NCBI GenBank assembly: GCA_031425655.1
Contig: JANPJS010000207.1
Span: 1-45,236, forward strand
DNA from: Abditibacteriaceae bacterium
GTDB taxonomy: Bacteria; Armatimonadota; Abditibacteriia; Abditibacteriales; Abditibacteriaceae
DNA: 45,236 bases
Direction: 5' to 3'
In this document: in pieces, positions 1 through 9,948 of the stretch
Numbering within the stretch: the stretch's first letter is position 1
Layout: every line of letters starts with the position of its first letter
Program-made: the position numbers and the translations under genes
The notes under the pieces: model-generated
What the model was told of the DNA's origin: nothing
Databases searched by the model: none
Seen by the model: the letters and a program-made list of their open reading frames with translations, nothing else

Positions 1-77
1 GCGATGGTTGTCTCGCCTTTTTCCGCCTGCTGTAACAGGCCGATAATCCGTTCCTCGCTCCACTGTCGGGTTTTCAT
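1..77 (-). CDS. IS3 transposase OrfA, N-terminal fragment
   Basis: Hand translation MKTRQWSEERIIGLLQQAEKGETTI matches the IS3/IS407 OrfA HTH start; runs off the window. Confidence 0.85.
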   Translation of the reverse strand, partial: MKTRQWSEERIIGLLQQAEKGETTI

Positions 78-140
78 CTCGTCGTTCCTTTGGCTGAGAT
101 TCTAACCTTTCAAATGGATCAGTTTTTGGGGTGCAGGTCA
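1..140 (-). mobile_element. IS3-family (IS407-like) insertion sequence, left end; truncated by window edge
   Basis: Minus strand begins TGACCTGCACCCCAAAAACTGATCCA, a typical IS3 terminal IR starting with TG, followed by an AAGGA RBS and orfA. Confidence 0.85.
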
Positions 141-696
141 CTATCACACCCCACTGCGTAAGGTGAGTTACTTCTTTCGATTTAACGATAACTTTAATAG
201 TTGCCATTATCAAACCAAAAGCCATACCAAAATAACACCACCCTAAAATGATGACCCATGATGTATCAAGTGGAGAAGTATGAAATGAATTCTTCCACGC
301 CGTAATGGGTAGCTTAGAAGACGAGTGTAGGCATAGAGCCGAAAAAGTAATTCCAAACACGATCCCGCAGAGAAAACCAGCAACGGATTGCAAGGTAACT
401 TGTAGGGAATGCCGTATCCAGAGTGTGGTTTCTTTGATGTTTCTGCGGCACCAAATTAAAATGCCAAAGCTCACAGTTCCTGCAAACCAGGCGCAGATAA
501 CGCTATAGAACATGACTACGAGGGTATCTATTCCCCGCCACTCAGTCTCGTGTTCCTCTAATTGTGAATCGGGAAGTAGAAGGGCGGAATCAAGCGATCC
601 ACAGATAAGCAAGAGCAAAATGTTGGCGGCAGCCCAGAGCAGGCCCAGCAGTAACCCGCTGGCACACATCAAAAAGATTATTCGGAGAGCTTTCAC
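141..696 (-). pseudogene. AT-rich multi-pass membrane protein, interrupted by the IS3 element
   Basis: Hand translation from GTG 696 (MKALRIIFLMCASGLLLGLLWAAANILLLLIC...) gives about 4 hydrophobic segments and no stop before the IS end at 140. It is missing from the ORF track because the frame stays open to the window edge. Confidence 0.6.
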
Positions 697-779
697 GGGC
701 TTTACTTTCTCGAAATCAGGACGTGAAAGAAAGCACTCGAAGCGGCTTTAATCAGCACTCAAGTGCATGAATTGAGGCC

Positions 780-808
780 TTGCACTCTACCGCTTCATCA
801 GCTATAAT
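780..808 (+). promoter_or_regulatory. sigma70-type promoter
   Basis: TTGCAC-17 nt-TATAAT. Confidence 0.6.
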
Positions 809-814
809 TCTTGT

Positions 815-949
815 CCGGCTCCCGTCCAAAAATACCACGAAAATCGCAGCCAAAACGACGTTGTTAGCGTGAATGACCCTTTGCGCTCAGCTTTGCGGGA
901 AGTTTTGCCGGAATAAACAACTTTCCGCCGGGAACGCGAAGGGTTTTTT
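815..949 (+). ncRNA. candidate small RNA or attenuated leader
   Basis: Lies downstream of the 780-808 promoter; stems 876-885/935-944 and 895-904/919-928 are followed by a T run. Confidence 0.3.
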
Positions 950-1057
950 GTGACTTTCGTAAGGCGGCGGGGCCGGAAAAGTGGGCGGCGAAGTGCAAAA
1001 TTTCGCCGCAAACGTAAAATTTAACACTGTTTAGGGCGCAAAACGGACGAAATTCCG

Positions 1058-1086
1058 TTGACACAGCCCGCACACGCGACTATAAT
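1058..1086 (+). promoter_or_regulatory. consensus sigma70 promoter of tuf/S10 operon
   Basis: Perfect TTGACA-17 nt-TATAAT. Confidence 0.9.
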
Positions 1087-1218
1087 TACCCTCTTGCGGG
1101 TGGCTGTTTTGCCATCCGCAAGCGCACGCTTGCCCCGGTCGGCGTGACGCAGCGGACAACAGAGTCGCCCGAAAATAAAGACTCGATTAAGAACCGAATC
1201 TCGGAGGAATTGGAAGAA

Positions 1219-2421
1219 ATGGCCAAGCAGAAGTATGAAAACAAGAAGCCGCACGTGAACGTTGGCACCATCGGCCACGTTGACCACGGCAAGACGACCC
1301 TGACCGCAGCGATCACGAAAGTGCAAGCGAAAAAGGGCTGGTCGAGCTTTACGGCTTATGATCAGATTGACAAGGCGCCCGAAGAGCGCGAGCGCGGCAT
1401 CACCATCGCGACGGCTCACGTCGAATACGAAACCGAAGCGCGCCACTATGCGCACGTTGACTGCCCCGGACACGCCGACTATATCAAGAACATGATTACC
1501 GGCGCCGCGCAGATGGACGGCGCGGTTCTCGTGGTTTCCGCGACGGACGGCCCGATGCCCCAGACCCGCGAACACATTCTGCTCGCCCGTCAGGTCGGCG
1601 TGCCTTACATCGTGGTATTCCTCAACAAAGTTGACCTTGTGGATGACCCCGAATTGGTTGACCTCGTGGAAATGGAATTGCGCGAATTGCTCTCGAAATA
1701 CGAATATCCCGGCGACGATGTGCCGATCATTCGTGGTTCGGGCCTCAAAGCGTTGCAAAACGACGACGAAGCCTCCGAAGCGCCGATTCATGAACTGATG
1801 GCCGCTCTCGATTCTTATGTTGCCGAGCCGGTGCGCGACATTGACAAGCCGTTCCTGATGGCTATCGAAGACGTGTTCTCCATTCCCGGTCGCGGAACCG
1901 TTGCTACGGGCCGCATCGAGCGTGGACAAGTCAAAGTCGGCGAAGACGTTGAAATCGTCGGCATCAAGGACACCCACAAGACCAGCGTTACCGGTCTGGA
2001 AATGTTCCACAAGCAGCTCGACGTGGCCGTCGCCGGCTATAACTGCGGCGCTTTGCTGCGCGGCATGAAGCGCGAAGATATCGAGCGTGGACAAGTTCTG
2101 GTTAAGCCCGGTTCGATCACCCCGCACACCGATTTTGAGGCCGAGGTTTACGTCTTGTCCAAAGAAGAAGGTGGCCGTCACACGCCGTTCTTCAAGAATT
2201 ACCGTCCGCAGTTTTACTTCCGCACGACGGACGTGACCGGCTCCATCGAAGGCATCTTCGGTCAGGACGGAACCGCAGCGGAAATGTGTATGCCGGGCGA
2301 CAACGTGAAAATGGCTGTTTCCCTCGGTTCGTCGGTCGCTATGGAAGACGGCTTACGCTTCGCTATCCGCGAAGGTGGCCGCACCGTGGGCGCCGGCGTC
2401 ATCACCAAAATTCTGAAATAA
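1219..2421 (+). CDS. tuf: elongation factor Tu
   Basis: [17 protein letters not shown] and NKVD motifs; GGAGG RBS upstream of ATG 1219. Confidence 0.99.
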   Translation: MAKQKYENKKPHVNVGTIGHVDHGKTTLTAAITKVQAKKGWSSFTAYDQIDKAPEERERGITIATAHVEYETEARHYAHVDCPGHADYIKNMITGAAQMDGAVLVVSATDGPMPQTREHILLARQVGVPYIVVFLNKVDLVDDPELVDLVEMELRELLSKYEYPGDDVPIIRGSGLKALQNDDEASEAPIHELMAALDSYVAEPVRDIDKPFLMAIEDVFSIPGRGTVATGRIERGQVKVGEDVEIVGIKDTHKTSVTGLEMFHKQLDVAVAGYNCGALLRGMKREDIERGQVLVKPGSITPHTDFEAEVYVLSKEEGGRHTPFFKNYRPQFYFRTTDVTGSIEGIFGQDGTAAEMCMPGDNVKMAVSLGSSVAMEDGLRFAIREGGRTVGAGVITKILK

Positions 2422-2428
2422 ACCGACC

Positions 2429-2486
2429 TGACAAAAGGGCCGGTGTGGCCTCATCACCTTGAGGCTGCACCGGCCCTTTTTGTCGG
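2429..2486 (+). terminator. long stem-loop with A/T tracts after tuf (terminator or attenuator before rpsJ)
   Basis: ACAAAAGGGCCGGTGTGGCCTCA...TGAGGCTGCACCGGCCCTTTTTGT. Confidence 0.6.
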
Positions 2487-2570
2487 CGGATACAAGTCGG
2501 AGATTCACAATAATTGCCGTGCTGATGATTTGAAAATTTCCTCAGCGCGCGAACCTTGAAAGATAAACAT

Positions 2571-2879
2571 ATGGCTGGCGACAAACTTCGCATTCGACTG
2601 CGCGCGTTCGATCACAAACTGCTTGACCAATCGGCACAACAAATCGTGACCACGGCCAAGCGCACCGGCTCCAGAGTCAGCGGCCCGGTGCCGCTGCCGA
2701 CGGAAAAAAGCATTTACTGCGTGATTCGCTCTCCGTTCGTGGACAAAGAGTCCATGGAACATTTCGAGATGCGCACGCACAAGCGTTTGATTGACATTCT
2801 CGATCCCGACCCGCGCACCGTGCAGGAACTGATGAATCTCACGCTCCCGGCGGGCGTGGACATTGACGTGAAGGCGTAA
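2571..2879 (+). CDS. rpsJ: 30S ribosomal protein S10
   Basis: [30 protein letters not shown]. Confidence 0.99.
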   Translation: MAGDKLRIRLRAFDHKLLDQSAQQIVTTAKRTGSRVSGPVPLPTEKSIYCVIRSPFVDKESMEHFEMRTHKRLIDILDPDPRTVQELMNLTLPAGVDIDVKA

Positions 2880-2884
2880 ACGCC

Positions 2885-2957
2885 AGTTGTGAGTTTTGAA
2901 TTATGAATTTTGAGTTGATAAGGATTTCCTTAACTCAAAACTCAAAACTCAAAACTC
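2885..2957 (+). repeat. 7-mer tandem-repeat hairpin (GAGTTTT/AAAACTC)
   Basis: Inverted arrays around a short loop. Confidence 0.9.
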
Positions 2958-3032
2958 CTAACTTTACAGGCTACGTCCACCGCGCTTTTTAGCGCGACGA
3001 CCTCTGGCTTGACAGCAAGGAGCAGATTTTAG

Positions 3033-3719
3033 ATGGCGACAGTAAACGGTCTGCTGGGCCGCAAAGTGGGCATGACTTCGATTTTTACCGGTGATGGCAA
3101 CGCCATTCCGGTAACGATTATCGAGTGCGGCCCATGTGTTGTGGTGCAGCGCAAAACTCAGGAAAAAGACGGCTACGACGCCGTTCAGTTGGGCTACCTC
3201 GAATTCAAAGAGGCGCGCAAAGACAACAAAGTCAAGCGCGGCGAAGCGGGCCATCGTGGTCGCGGCGAAGCCAATCAGCCCACGCGCGGCCACTTCGAGA
3301 AGAACGGCGGCGCCAAACCCACACGCCACTTAGCGGAATTTCGCTTGTTAGCCGACGGCGATGAGCCGGCGGCGGGCGTTGCTCTCACGGTTGATGGCCT
3401 TTTTAAGGCCGGCGACGCCGTGCAAGTGCAGGGCAAAAGCAAAGGTCGCGGTTTCGCCGGCGTTATGAAGCGCTGGAACTTCGTCGGTCAGAAAGCCAGT
3501 CACGGTCAGAAAATTCACCGCAAGCCGGCTTCCAACGGCGCCACTGATCCGGCGCGCGTGTTTCCCGGTTCCCGTCGTCCCGGTCGTATGGGCGCGAAAA
3601 ATATCACCCAACTCGGCCTCGAAGTCATCGAAGTGGACGCTGGGCGCAACCTGCTCGTCGTCAAGGGCGCGATTCCCGGCCCGAACGGCGGCTTAGTTCG
3701 CATTGACAAGCAGAAATAA
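3033..3719 (+). CDS. rplC: 50S ribosomal protein L3
   Basis: GLLGRKVGMT, DGYDAVQLG, SKGRGFAG, KGAIPG. Confidence 0.99.
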   Translation: MATVNGLLGRKVGMTSIFTGDGNAIPVTIIECGPCVVVQRKTQEKDGYDAVQLGYLEFKEARKDNKVKRGEAGHRGRGEANQPTRGHFEKNGGAKPTRHLAEFRLLADGDEPAAGVALTVDGLFKAGDAVQVQGKSKGRGFAGVMKRWNFVGQKASHGQKIHRKPASNGATDPARVFPGSRRPGRMGAKNITQLGLEVIEVDAGRNLLVVKGAIPGPNGGLVRIDKQK

Positions 3720-3722
3720 ACG

Positions 3723-3870
3723 AGGGATGAGGGCGGAAGGATGAGGGATGAAAATCCACTCGTGCTTCTTCTCTTACCTTTGTAGCCGGACGGCCTGACA
3801 ACGAGGTCGAGTAGGATAAGACGGAAAGTAGTGTCGGATTTTCATCCCTCATCCTTCCGCCCTCATCCCT
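3723..3870 (+). repeat. 7-mer tandem-repeat hairpin (GGATGAR), perfect 35-bp arms, 78-nt loop
   Basis: 3723-3757 is the exact reverse complement of 3836-3870. Confidence 0.95.
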
Positions 3871-3911
3871 AATTTCAGCGTCCGTTGGCATTGAGGCGCT
3901 CAAGGAAAGAC

Positions 3912-4559
3912 ATGGCAGAGATTAAAATTTTCAACGCGAGCGGCGCGGCTGCGGGCACTCTTGAAGCGCCCGAAAAGTTAGCCGCCGCCAATGCGCCGGT
4001 GACTCTTGTTCACCAGGTCGCTATCGCGGAAATGGCCGGGCGCCGCCAGGGCACCGTGAAAACCAAGCGCCGCGACGAAGTATCCGGCTCGAATGTTAAG
4101 ATTCGTCGCCAGAAGGGCACAGGCCGTTCCCGTCAGGGCGACAAGCGCGTGCCTCATGCACGCGGCGGCGGCGTCGTTCACGGCCCGCGTCCGCGCGATT
4201 ATCACGAGAACACGCCGCGCAAAATGAGACAGGCTGCGTTTCGCACCGTGCTCAACTCGCGCTTGCAGAACGACCGCATTTTCGTGCTCGACGGCGAAAT
4301 CGCATCGGCCAAAACCAGAGACTTCGTGGTTTTATTGAACACGATGGGCATGAGCCAGACCAAATTGCTCATCCTCACCAACGCAGCCGATACCAACGTG
4401 CAACTCGGCGCTCGCAACCTGCCCAAAGTCACGGTGCAAACCGTCGAGCAGACCAACTCGACCGACATTTTGCGCTGTGAAGCCTTGCTTTGCACACGGG
4501 CGGCGTGGCAGGAATTGTCCGAGCGCGTGGCCGGCAAAAGCACGAAGGAGACCGCGTAA
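3912..4559 (+). CDS. rplD: 50S ribosomal protein L4
   Basis: RQGTVKTK, RQKGTGRSRQG, GGGVVHGPRPRDY. Confidence 0.98.
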   Translation: MAEIKIFNASGAAAGTLEAPEKLAAANAPVTLVHQVAIAEMAGRRQGTVKTKRRDEVSGSNVKIRRQKGTGRSRQGDKRVPHARGGGVVHGPRPRDYHENTPRKMRQAAFRTVLNSRLQNDRIFVLDGEIASAKTRDFVVLLNTMGMSQTKLLILTNAADTNVQLGARNLPKVTVQTVEQTNSTDILRCEALLCTRAAWQELSERVAGKSTKETA

Positions 4560-4561
4560 GC

Positions 4562-4864
4562 ATGAAGCCAATTACCGAAATCATCGAGCGGCCCATCATC
4601 AGCGAAAAGAGCGTGCGCCAGAGTCAGGGCGGCCAATATACGTTCCGCTGCAAAAAAGCCGCGAATAAAATTGAAATTCGCCAGGCGGTCGAGCGGGCTT
4701 ATGACGTGGAAGTATCGAACGTCAACACGCTGATTGTCAAAGGCAAAACCAAGCGCACGGCCAAAGGCCGTCCGGGCAAAACCGCCGACTGGAAAAAAGC
4801 CTTCGTCACGCTCAAGCCCGATTCCAAAGCGACGCGATTGAAAGAAATCTTCGAAGGAGCGTGA
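4562..4864 (+). CDS. rplW: 50S ribosomal protein L23
   Basis: PIISEKS, ANKIEIRQAVE, WKKAFVTL. Confidence 0.98.
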   Translation: MKPITEIIERPIISEKSVRQSQGGQYTFRCKKAANKIEIRQAVERAYDVEVSNVNTLIVKGKTKRTAKGRPGKTADWKKAFVTLKPDSKATRLKEIFEGA

Positions 4865-4868
4865 ATAC

Positions 4869-4943
4869 AGTTTTGAGTTTTGAGTTTTGAGTTTTGAGTT
4901 GAGCGTTCTTCAACTTAAAACTTAAAAATAAAAACTCAAAACT
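4869..4943 (+). repeat. 7-mer tandem-repeat hairpin (GAGTTTT/AAAACTC)
   Basis: Inverted arrays. Confidence 0.9.
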
Positions 4944-4950
4944 CGATGAT

Positions 4951-5790
4951 ATGGCTGTTAAATCATTTAATCCAACCAGCGCGGCGCGTCGCTCAATGAC
5001 GGTTCTCGTGGACGAGAACCTGACTAAGAAGCGTCCCGAAAAGTCGCTGACCGAGCCGCTGAAGAAGTCGGGCGGACGCAACAATCAAGGTCGCCGGACG
5101 ATGAAAAATCGCGGCGGCGGCCACAAGCGCCTTTATCGCATCATTGACTTCAAGCGCAACAAAGACGGCGTGCGCGGCGAAGTGACGGCGCTTGAATACG
5201 ATCCGAATCGTTCGGCCAACATCGCCCTTGTTGTCTACGAAGACGGCGAAAAGCGTTATATTGTGGCTCCGGCGGGCATCAAGATCGGCGATTCCATCGC
5301 CAACGGCCCGGATGCTGATATTCGCAACGGTCACGCGCTGCCTTTGGAGCGCATTCCGGTCGGCACCACGATTCACTGCATCGAACTCACGCCCGGCAAA
5401 GGCGCGCAGCTCGCGCGCTCGGCTGGCTCTTCGGTTGTCTTGCAGGCCAAAGAAGGCAAGTTCGCTTTGCTGCGTTTGCCGTCGGGTGAGCGCCGCCTTG
5501 TGCAGCGCGAATGCCGCGCGACGATTGGCAGCGTAGGCAACAGCGAATGGGAAACCATCGTTTGGGGCAACGCAGGCCGGATGCGCCATCGCGGAGTTAA
5601 GCCGCACGTTCGCGGCAAGGCCATGAACCCGAACGACCATCCACACGGCGGCGGCGAAGGCCGCGCTCCGGTTGGCCGTCGCAAGAGCGGCCCGGTTTCG
5701 GCCACTGGCGTCAAGGCCATCGGCTTCAAGACGCGCAGAAAGAAAAAACCGAGCGATAAGTTCATTGTCGGCAAGCGAGGGACGAAATGA
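4951..5790 (+). CDS. rplB: 50S ribosomal protein L2
   Basis: [34 protein letters not shown]. Confidence 0.99.
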   Translation: MAVKSFNPTSAARRSMTVLVDENLTKKRPEKSLTEPLKKSGGRNNQGRRTMKNRGGGHKRLYRIIDFKRNKDGVRGEVTALEYDPNRSANIALVVYEDGEKRYIVAPAGIKIGDSIANGPDADIRNGHALPLERIPVGTTIHCIELTPGKGAQLARSAGSSVVLQAKEGKFALLRLPSGERRLVQRECRATIGSVGNSEWETIVWGNAGRMRHRGVKPHVRGKAMNPNDHPHGGGEGRAPVGRRKSGPVSATGVKAIGFKTRRKKKPSDKFIVGKRGTK

Positions 5791-5864
5791 GTTTTGAGTT
5801 TTAAGTTTTGAGTTTTAAGTTGAGAAGCATCCAACTCAAAACTCAAAACTCAAAACTCAAAACT
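5788..5864 (+). repeat. 7-mer tandem-repeat hairpin (GAGTTTT/AAAACTC), overlapping the rplB stop
   Basis: Inverted arrays. Confidence 0.9.
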
Positions 5865-5872
5865 GGAGAAAT

Positions 5873-6154
5873 ATGGCACGTTCACTGAAAAAAGGGCCGT
5901 TTTGCGATGAATCGCTGATGAAAAAAGTCGTGGCGATGAACGCGGGCAACCAAAAGCAGATTATCAAGTCGTGGAGCCGTCGCTCTACCATCTTCCCGGA
6001 AATGATTGGGCACACCATCGCGGTTTACGATGGACGCAAGCACATTCCGGTTTACGTTCAGGAAAACATGGTCGGGCACAAGCTCGGCGAGTTTTCGCCG
6101 TCGCGCACGTTTCGCCGTCACGGCGGACACACCGAACGGGCCGGCAAGCACTAA
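5873..6154 (+). CDS. rpsS: 30S ribosomal protein S19
   Basis: [24 protein letters not shown]. Confidence 0.99.
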   Translation: MARSLKKGPFCDESLMKKVVAMNAGNQKQIIKSWSRRSTIFPEMIGHTIAVYDGRKHIPVYVQENMVGHKLGEFSPSRTFRRHGGHTERAGKH

Positions 6155-6155
6155 T

Positions 6156-6224
6156 TGGGTTTTAGGTTCTGGATATTGGGTTATGGGGATGGTTCCAACA
6201 CCTAAAACCCAGCCCCCAACACCC
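6156..6224 (+). repeat. 7-mer tandem-repeat hairpin (GGGTNTT/AANACCC)
   Basis: Degenerate inverted arrays. Confidence 0.8.
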
Positions 6225-6235
6225 TTAAGGAAACT

Positions 6236-6571
6236 ATGGCAAAAGCGATTTTACGCGGATTGCGAATGACGCCGCTCAAAGTGCGCCGCGTGGCCAAATT
6301 GGTCATGGGCAAGCCGGTTGGACAGGCGCAGGCGCTGCTTTCGATGGACAGCCACATTGCGTCGCCGATTCTGGCCAAGATCATCAAGAGCGCGGCGGCC
6401 AACGCCGTCAACAACGAAGGCGCCAACGAAGATCGTCTGTTTATCAAGACGATTATGGTGGACAAAGGCGCGACGCTCAAGCGTTATCTGCCGCGCAGCC
6501 GAGGCCGCGCCGACATCATTCGCAAGCGCATGAGCCACATTACGGTGGTCGTCGAAGAGCAAGGCTCTTAA
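6236..6571 (+). CDS. rplV: 50S ribosomal protein L22
   Basis: KVRRVA, SAAANA, PRSRGRA, SHITVVV. Confidence 0.98.
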   Translation: MAKAILRGLRMTPLKVRRVAKLVMGKPVGQAQALLSMDSHIASPILAKIIKSAAANAVNNEGANEDRLFIKTIMVDKGATLKRYLPRSRGRADIIRKRMSHITVVVEEQGS

Positions 6572-6644
6572 TCGGAATTAGTCCCGCCGCAAAGCGCACG
6601 CAGTCAGCGGCGCACGAATGGCGGGCAGGCAAAGAGGAGAATTT

Positions 6645-7379
6645 GTGGGTCAGAAAGTTCATCCCTACGGGCTGCGACTGGGCATCATCAAAACCTGGCA
6701 GAGCCGCTGGTATAGCAAGGACAACTACAAGGAATACTTGCTCGAAGACGAGAAAATTCGTCGCTTTATCGTCAAGCATTTGAAGAAAAAGCCGCAGCGC
6801 GCCCAAAGCCGCGAGCGCAACAACGATCCGGCGCTGTCGCGCATCGAGATCGAGCGCACGGCCAACCGCGTCACGATTAAGCTGCACACGGCGCGTCCGG
6901 GCGTGGTCATCGGACAGCGCGGCGCCGACATCGAGCGTTTGCAAAAGCTGCTCAATCAGTTGCTCAAGCGCGATGTGCGCGTGACAGTTGAAGAAGTGCG
7001 CCAGCCGAACTTGGATTCCAAGCTCGTCGCCGAAAGCATCGCGCAGCAGATCGAACGCCGCATCGCTTTTCGCCGCGCCATGCGCCAAACCTTGCAGCGC
7101 GTAATTAAAGAAGGCGCCGAGGGCTGCCGCATCGAAGCCGCTGGCCGTCTGGCCGGAGCCGAAATCGCGCGCCGTGAAATGGTCAACGAAGGCAAAGTGC
7201 CGCGTCATACGCTGCGCGCCGACATTGATTACGGCGTGGCCGAAGCCAGCACGACCTATGGCAACATCGGCATCAAAGTGTGGATTTACAAAGGTGACAT
7301 TATCGGCGATATGGCCGCTCCCGTAGCGAACATCAGCCGTGGCCGTCAAAGCCGTCGCCGTAATGAGGATGAAGACTAA
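6645..7379 (+). CDS. rpsC: 30S ribosomal protein S3
   Basis: GTG start after [34 protein letters not shown]. Confidence 0.98.
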   Translation: MGQKVHPYGLRLGIIKTWQSRWYSKDNYKEYLLEDEKIRRFIVKHLKKKPQRAQSRERNNDPALSRIEIERTANRVTIKLHTARPGVVIGQRGADIERLQKLLNQLLKRDVRVTVEEVRQPNLDSKLVAESIAQQIERRIAFRRAMRQTLQRVIKEGAEGCRIEAAGRLAGAEIARREMVNEGKVPRHTLRADIDYGVAEASTTYGNIGIKVWIYKGDIIGDMAAPVANISRGRQSRRRNEDED

Positions 7380-7380
7380 A

Positions 7381-7450
7381 TTGGGTGTTGGGTGTTGGGT
7401 GTTGGGTTCTGGGTAAAATTCCAGCCCCCAGCCCCCAGAACCTAAAACCC
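7381..7450 (+). repeat. 7-mer tandem-repeat hairpin (GGGTGTT/AANACCC)
   Basis: Inverted arrays. Confidence 0.85.
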
Positions 7451-7466
7451 TTGGAGATAAACAACT

Positions 7467-7898
7467 ATGTTGATGCCCAAGCGGACGAAATATAGGAAGC
7501 AACAGCGCGGACGGCGTCGTGGCATGGCGCATCGCGGCAACACGATCTCGTTCGGCGAATACGGTTTGCAAGCGACCGAAGTTAGCTGGCTGACCAGCCG
7601 CCAGATCGAATCGGCTCGTATTGCCATGACCAGCTACATCAAGCGCGGCGGTAAAGTGTGGATTCGCGTCTTCCCGGACAAGCCAGTAACGCAGAAGCCG
7701 GCGGAAACGCGCATGGGTTCGGGCAAAGGTTTGCCGGAATACTGGGTGGCCGTCGTGAAACCGGGCCGCGTTTTGTTTGAGATGAGCGGCGTTACGCCCG
7801 AATTAGCCAAAGAAGCGATGCGTCGCGGCGCGATGAAACTTCCGATGCGTTCCAAGTTCATTATGCGCGAGGAGGAAGCCAGTGGCGGATCTGAATAA
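7467..7898 (+). CDS. rplP: 50S ribosomal protein L16
   Basis: [18 protein letters not shown]. Confidence 0.99.
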   Translation: MLMPKRTKYRKQQRGRRRGMAHRGNTISFGEYGLQATEVSWLTSRQIESARIAMTSYIKRGGKVWIRVFPDKPVTQKPAETRMGSGKGLPEYWVAVVKPGRVLFEMSGVTPELAKEAMRRGAMKLPMRSKFIMREEEASGGSE

Positions 7899-8127
7899 AT
7901 TTTTGGGAAGCGGCACAAGTCTGAAGATGAAAGATCAGCGTGACCGCGTCCGTGAAGCCAGCGTGGACGAACTGCGCGGCGCCGTTGACGAAGCGCAAAT
8001 TGAGCTGCTGAATCTGCGGACTCAGGCGATTTTGCAACAGGCGGGCAATCCGATGCGGATTCGTCAGGTTCGCAAAATGGTGGCGCGCATCAACGGCGAA
8101 TTGTCGGCGCGTGCGAAGAAAGCGTAA
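7882..8127 (+). CDS. rpmC: 50S ribosomal protein L29 (GTG 7882; alternative ATG 7927)
   Basis: [23 protein letters not shown]; position in operon. Confidence 0.93.
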   Translation: MADLNKFLGSGTSLKMKDQRDRVREASVDELRGAVDEAQIELLNLRTQAILQQAGNPMRIRQVRKMVARINGELSARAKKA

Positions 8128-8139
8128 ACGAGAAAAACA

Positions 8140-8415
8140 ATGTCAACAGCAATTCAGGAAGGCGACCGCACCGCGCGCAAACTCCGCGAAGGTTTAGTGG
8201 TCAGCGACAAGATGGATAAAACCTGCGTGGTGGCCGTGGTGCGCTTGAAGCGTCACCCGCTTTATGGCCGCGTGCAGCGCGTGACCAAGAAATACCACGC
8301 TCACGACGAAACCAACGAGTGCAAGCCCGGCGACCGTGTGCGGATTGTCGAAACGCGTCCGCTCTCGAAAACCAAGCGTTGGCGCGTGGCCGAAGTCGTC
8401 GAACGAGCCAAGTAA
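8140..8415 (+). CDS. rpsQ: 30S ribosomal protein S17
   Basis: [27 protein letters not shown]. Confidence 0.99.
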   Translation: MSTAIQEGDRTARKLREGLVVSDKMDKTCVVAVVRLKRHPLYGRVQRVTKKYHAHDETNECKPGDRVRIVETRPLSKTKRWRVAEVVERAK

Positions 8416-8419
8416 GCGA

Positions 8420-8487
8420 GGGTTTTGGGTTTTGGGTTTTGGTTTTTGGGGTCAGTCCCCAGTCCCCAATCCCCAACCCCCAGCCCC
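8420..8487 (+). repeat. 7-mer tandem-repeat hairpin (GGGTTTT / CCCCA(A/G)T)
   Basis: Right arm contains CCCCAGT and CCCCAAT units, the same as the cyanobacterial STRR1 heptamer. Confidence 0.8.
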
Positions 8488-8502
8488 GCCTCGGAGAAAA
8501 TC

Positions 8503-8871
8503 ATGATTCAGACAGAAACGCGACTGCGCGTGGCGGACAATTCGGGAGCGCGTGAGATTCTTTGTATTCGCGTGCTCAAAGGCAGCAACGCCAAATTCGG
8601 CAACGTGGGCGATGTCATCATCGGCACGGTTAAAGAAGCGCTGCCCGGCGCGACGGTGAAGAAGCACGACGTGGTGCGCGCGGTTATCGTGCGCACTGTG
8701 AAGGGCGTCAACCGTTCGGACGGCAGCCACATCAAATTCGACGACAACGCCGCCGTCATCATCAACCCGGACGGCAATCCGCGTGGCACCCGCATTTTCG
8801 GGCCAGTCGCCCGCGAGCTGCGCGACCGTCGTTACATGAAAATCGTTAGCTTAGCGCCGGAGGTGGTTTAA
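8503..8871 (+). CDS. rplN: 50S ribosomal protein L14
   Basis: [28 protein letters not shown]. Confidence 0.99.
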   Translation: MIQTETRLRVADNSGAREILCIRVLKGSNAKFGNVGDVIIGTVKEALPGATVKKHDVVRAVIVRTVKGVNRSDGSHIKFDDNAAVIINPDGNPRGTRIFGPVARELRDRRYMKIVSLAPEVV

Positions 8872-9234
8872 TTGCCCAGACCAAAAAAACCGATTAACCG
8901 CAAGCCGCTGCGTATCAAAACCGGCGACGACGTAATCGTCATTTCCGGCGAAGACAAAGGCAAAACGGCGCGCAAAGTGCTGTCGGTTTTGCCGAAACAG
9001 CGCAAAGTCATCATCGAAAACGTCAACGTGATGAAGAATCGCAAAAAGCAAAGCGGCGGACAGCGTTCGTCGGGCATTAATCAAGAGGATGTCATCGAGA
9101 AAGCCTTCCCGATTGACGCCTCGAAAGTGATGCTGATTGATCCGAAGTCGAAGAAAGCCACGCGCGTCCGCATGACGACCGGCAAAGACGGCAAGCTGTC
9201 GCGCACCGCCGCCAAAAGCGGCGAAGCAATTTAA
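8872..9234 (+). CDS. rplX: 50S ribosomal protein L24
   Basis: IKTGDDVIVISGEDKGK (KOW); TTG start after GGAGG. Confidence 0.97.
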   Translation: MPRPKKPINRKPLRIKTGDDVIVISGEDKGKTARKVLSVLPKQRKVIIENVNVMKNRKKQSGGQRSSGINQEDVIEKAFPIDASKVMLIDPKSKKATRVRMTTGKDGKLSRTAAKSGEAI

Positions 9235-9320
9235 AGAGTTTTGAGTTTTGAGTTTTGAGTTTTGAGTTTTGAGTTGAGAAGTATTCAACTCATAATTCAA
9301 AACTTAAAACTCAAAACTCT
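9235..9320 (+). repeat. 7-mer tandem-repeat hairpin (GAGTTTT/AAAACTC)
   Basis: Inverted arrays. Confidence 0.9.
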
Positions 9321-9373
9321 TATCACGGACCGTCCAGCGGAGTTTGGAACGGCTGCCGGAAAGGGATAACAAG

Positions 9374-9931
9374 ATGAAAGCTCCTCTCAAAGAGCGATAC
9401 GAAAATCAGGTTATCGAAGCCTTGCAGAAGCAATTCGGCTACGATAACATTATGCGGGTGCCTCGGCTGGAGAAGGTCGTCATCAATATGGGCGTGGGCG
9501 ATGGCAAAGACGACGCAAAGCTCGTTGACGCCGCCGCTGCCGATTTGGCGACCATTTCGGGGCAGAAACCGGCCATTCGCCGGGCCAGAAAATCCATTGC
9601 GAACTTCAAAATTCGTGAAGGTATGCCCATCGGTTGCATGGTGACGCTGCGAGGCGACCGGATGTGGGAATTCGTTCAGCGTTTGATTCACGCCGCCCTG
9701 CCGCGCATCCGCGACTTTCAGGGCATCCCCGACAAGAGTTTCGACGGGCGCGGCAATTACACTGTCGGCCTTCGTGAGCAATCGCTCTTCCCGGAAATCA
9801 ACGTAGATAAAGTCGTCCGCACGCGCGGCATGGACATCACGTTCGTGACCAGCGCCAAGACCGACGAAGAAGCTCGCGCTCTGCTCGGTGAAATTGGCTT
9901 GCCTTTCCGCAAGCCCCAGAGCGACGCGTAA
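9374..9931 (+). CDS. rplE: 50S ribosomal protein L5
   Basis: [25 protein letters not shown]. Confidence 0.99.
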   Translation: MKAPLKERYENQVIEALQKQFGYDNIMRVPRLEKVVINMGVGDGKDDAKLVDAAAADLATISGQKPAIRRARKSIANFKIREGMPIGCMVTLRGDRMWEFVQRLIHAALPRIRDFQGIPDKSFDGRGNYTVGLREQSLFPEINVDKVVRTRGMDITFVTSAKTDEEARALLGEIGLPFRKPQSDA

Positions 9932-9948
9932 TTAAGGATTCATAGGAC

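Noticed and set aside
731..770. AGCACTC motifs as a CIRCE/HrcA operator
   Set aside because: The two copies are direct repeats and there is no GAGTGCTAA half-site at 9-nt spacing.
1021..2181. 386-aa minus-strand ORF, and similar antisense ORFs over rplB, rpsC, secY, rpoA and the sulfurtransferase
   Set aside because: These are shadow ORFs caused by codon bias of highly expressed genes.
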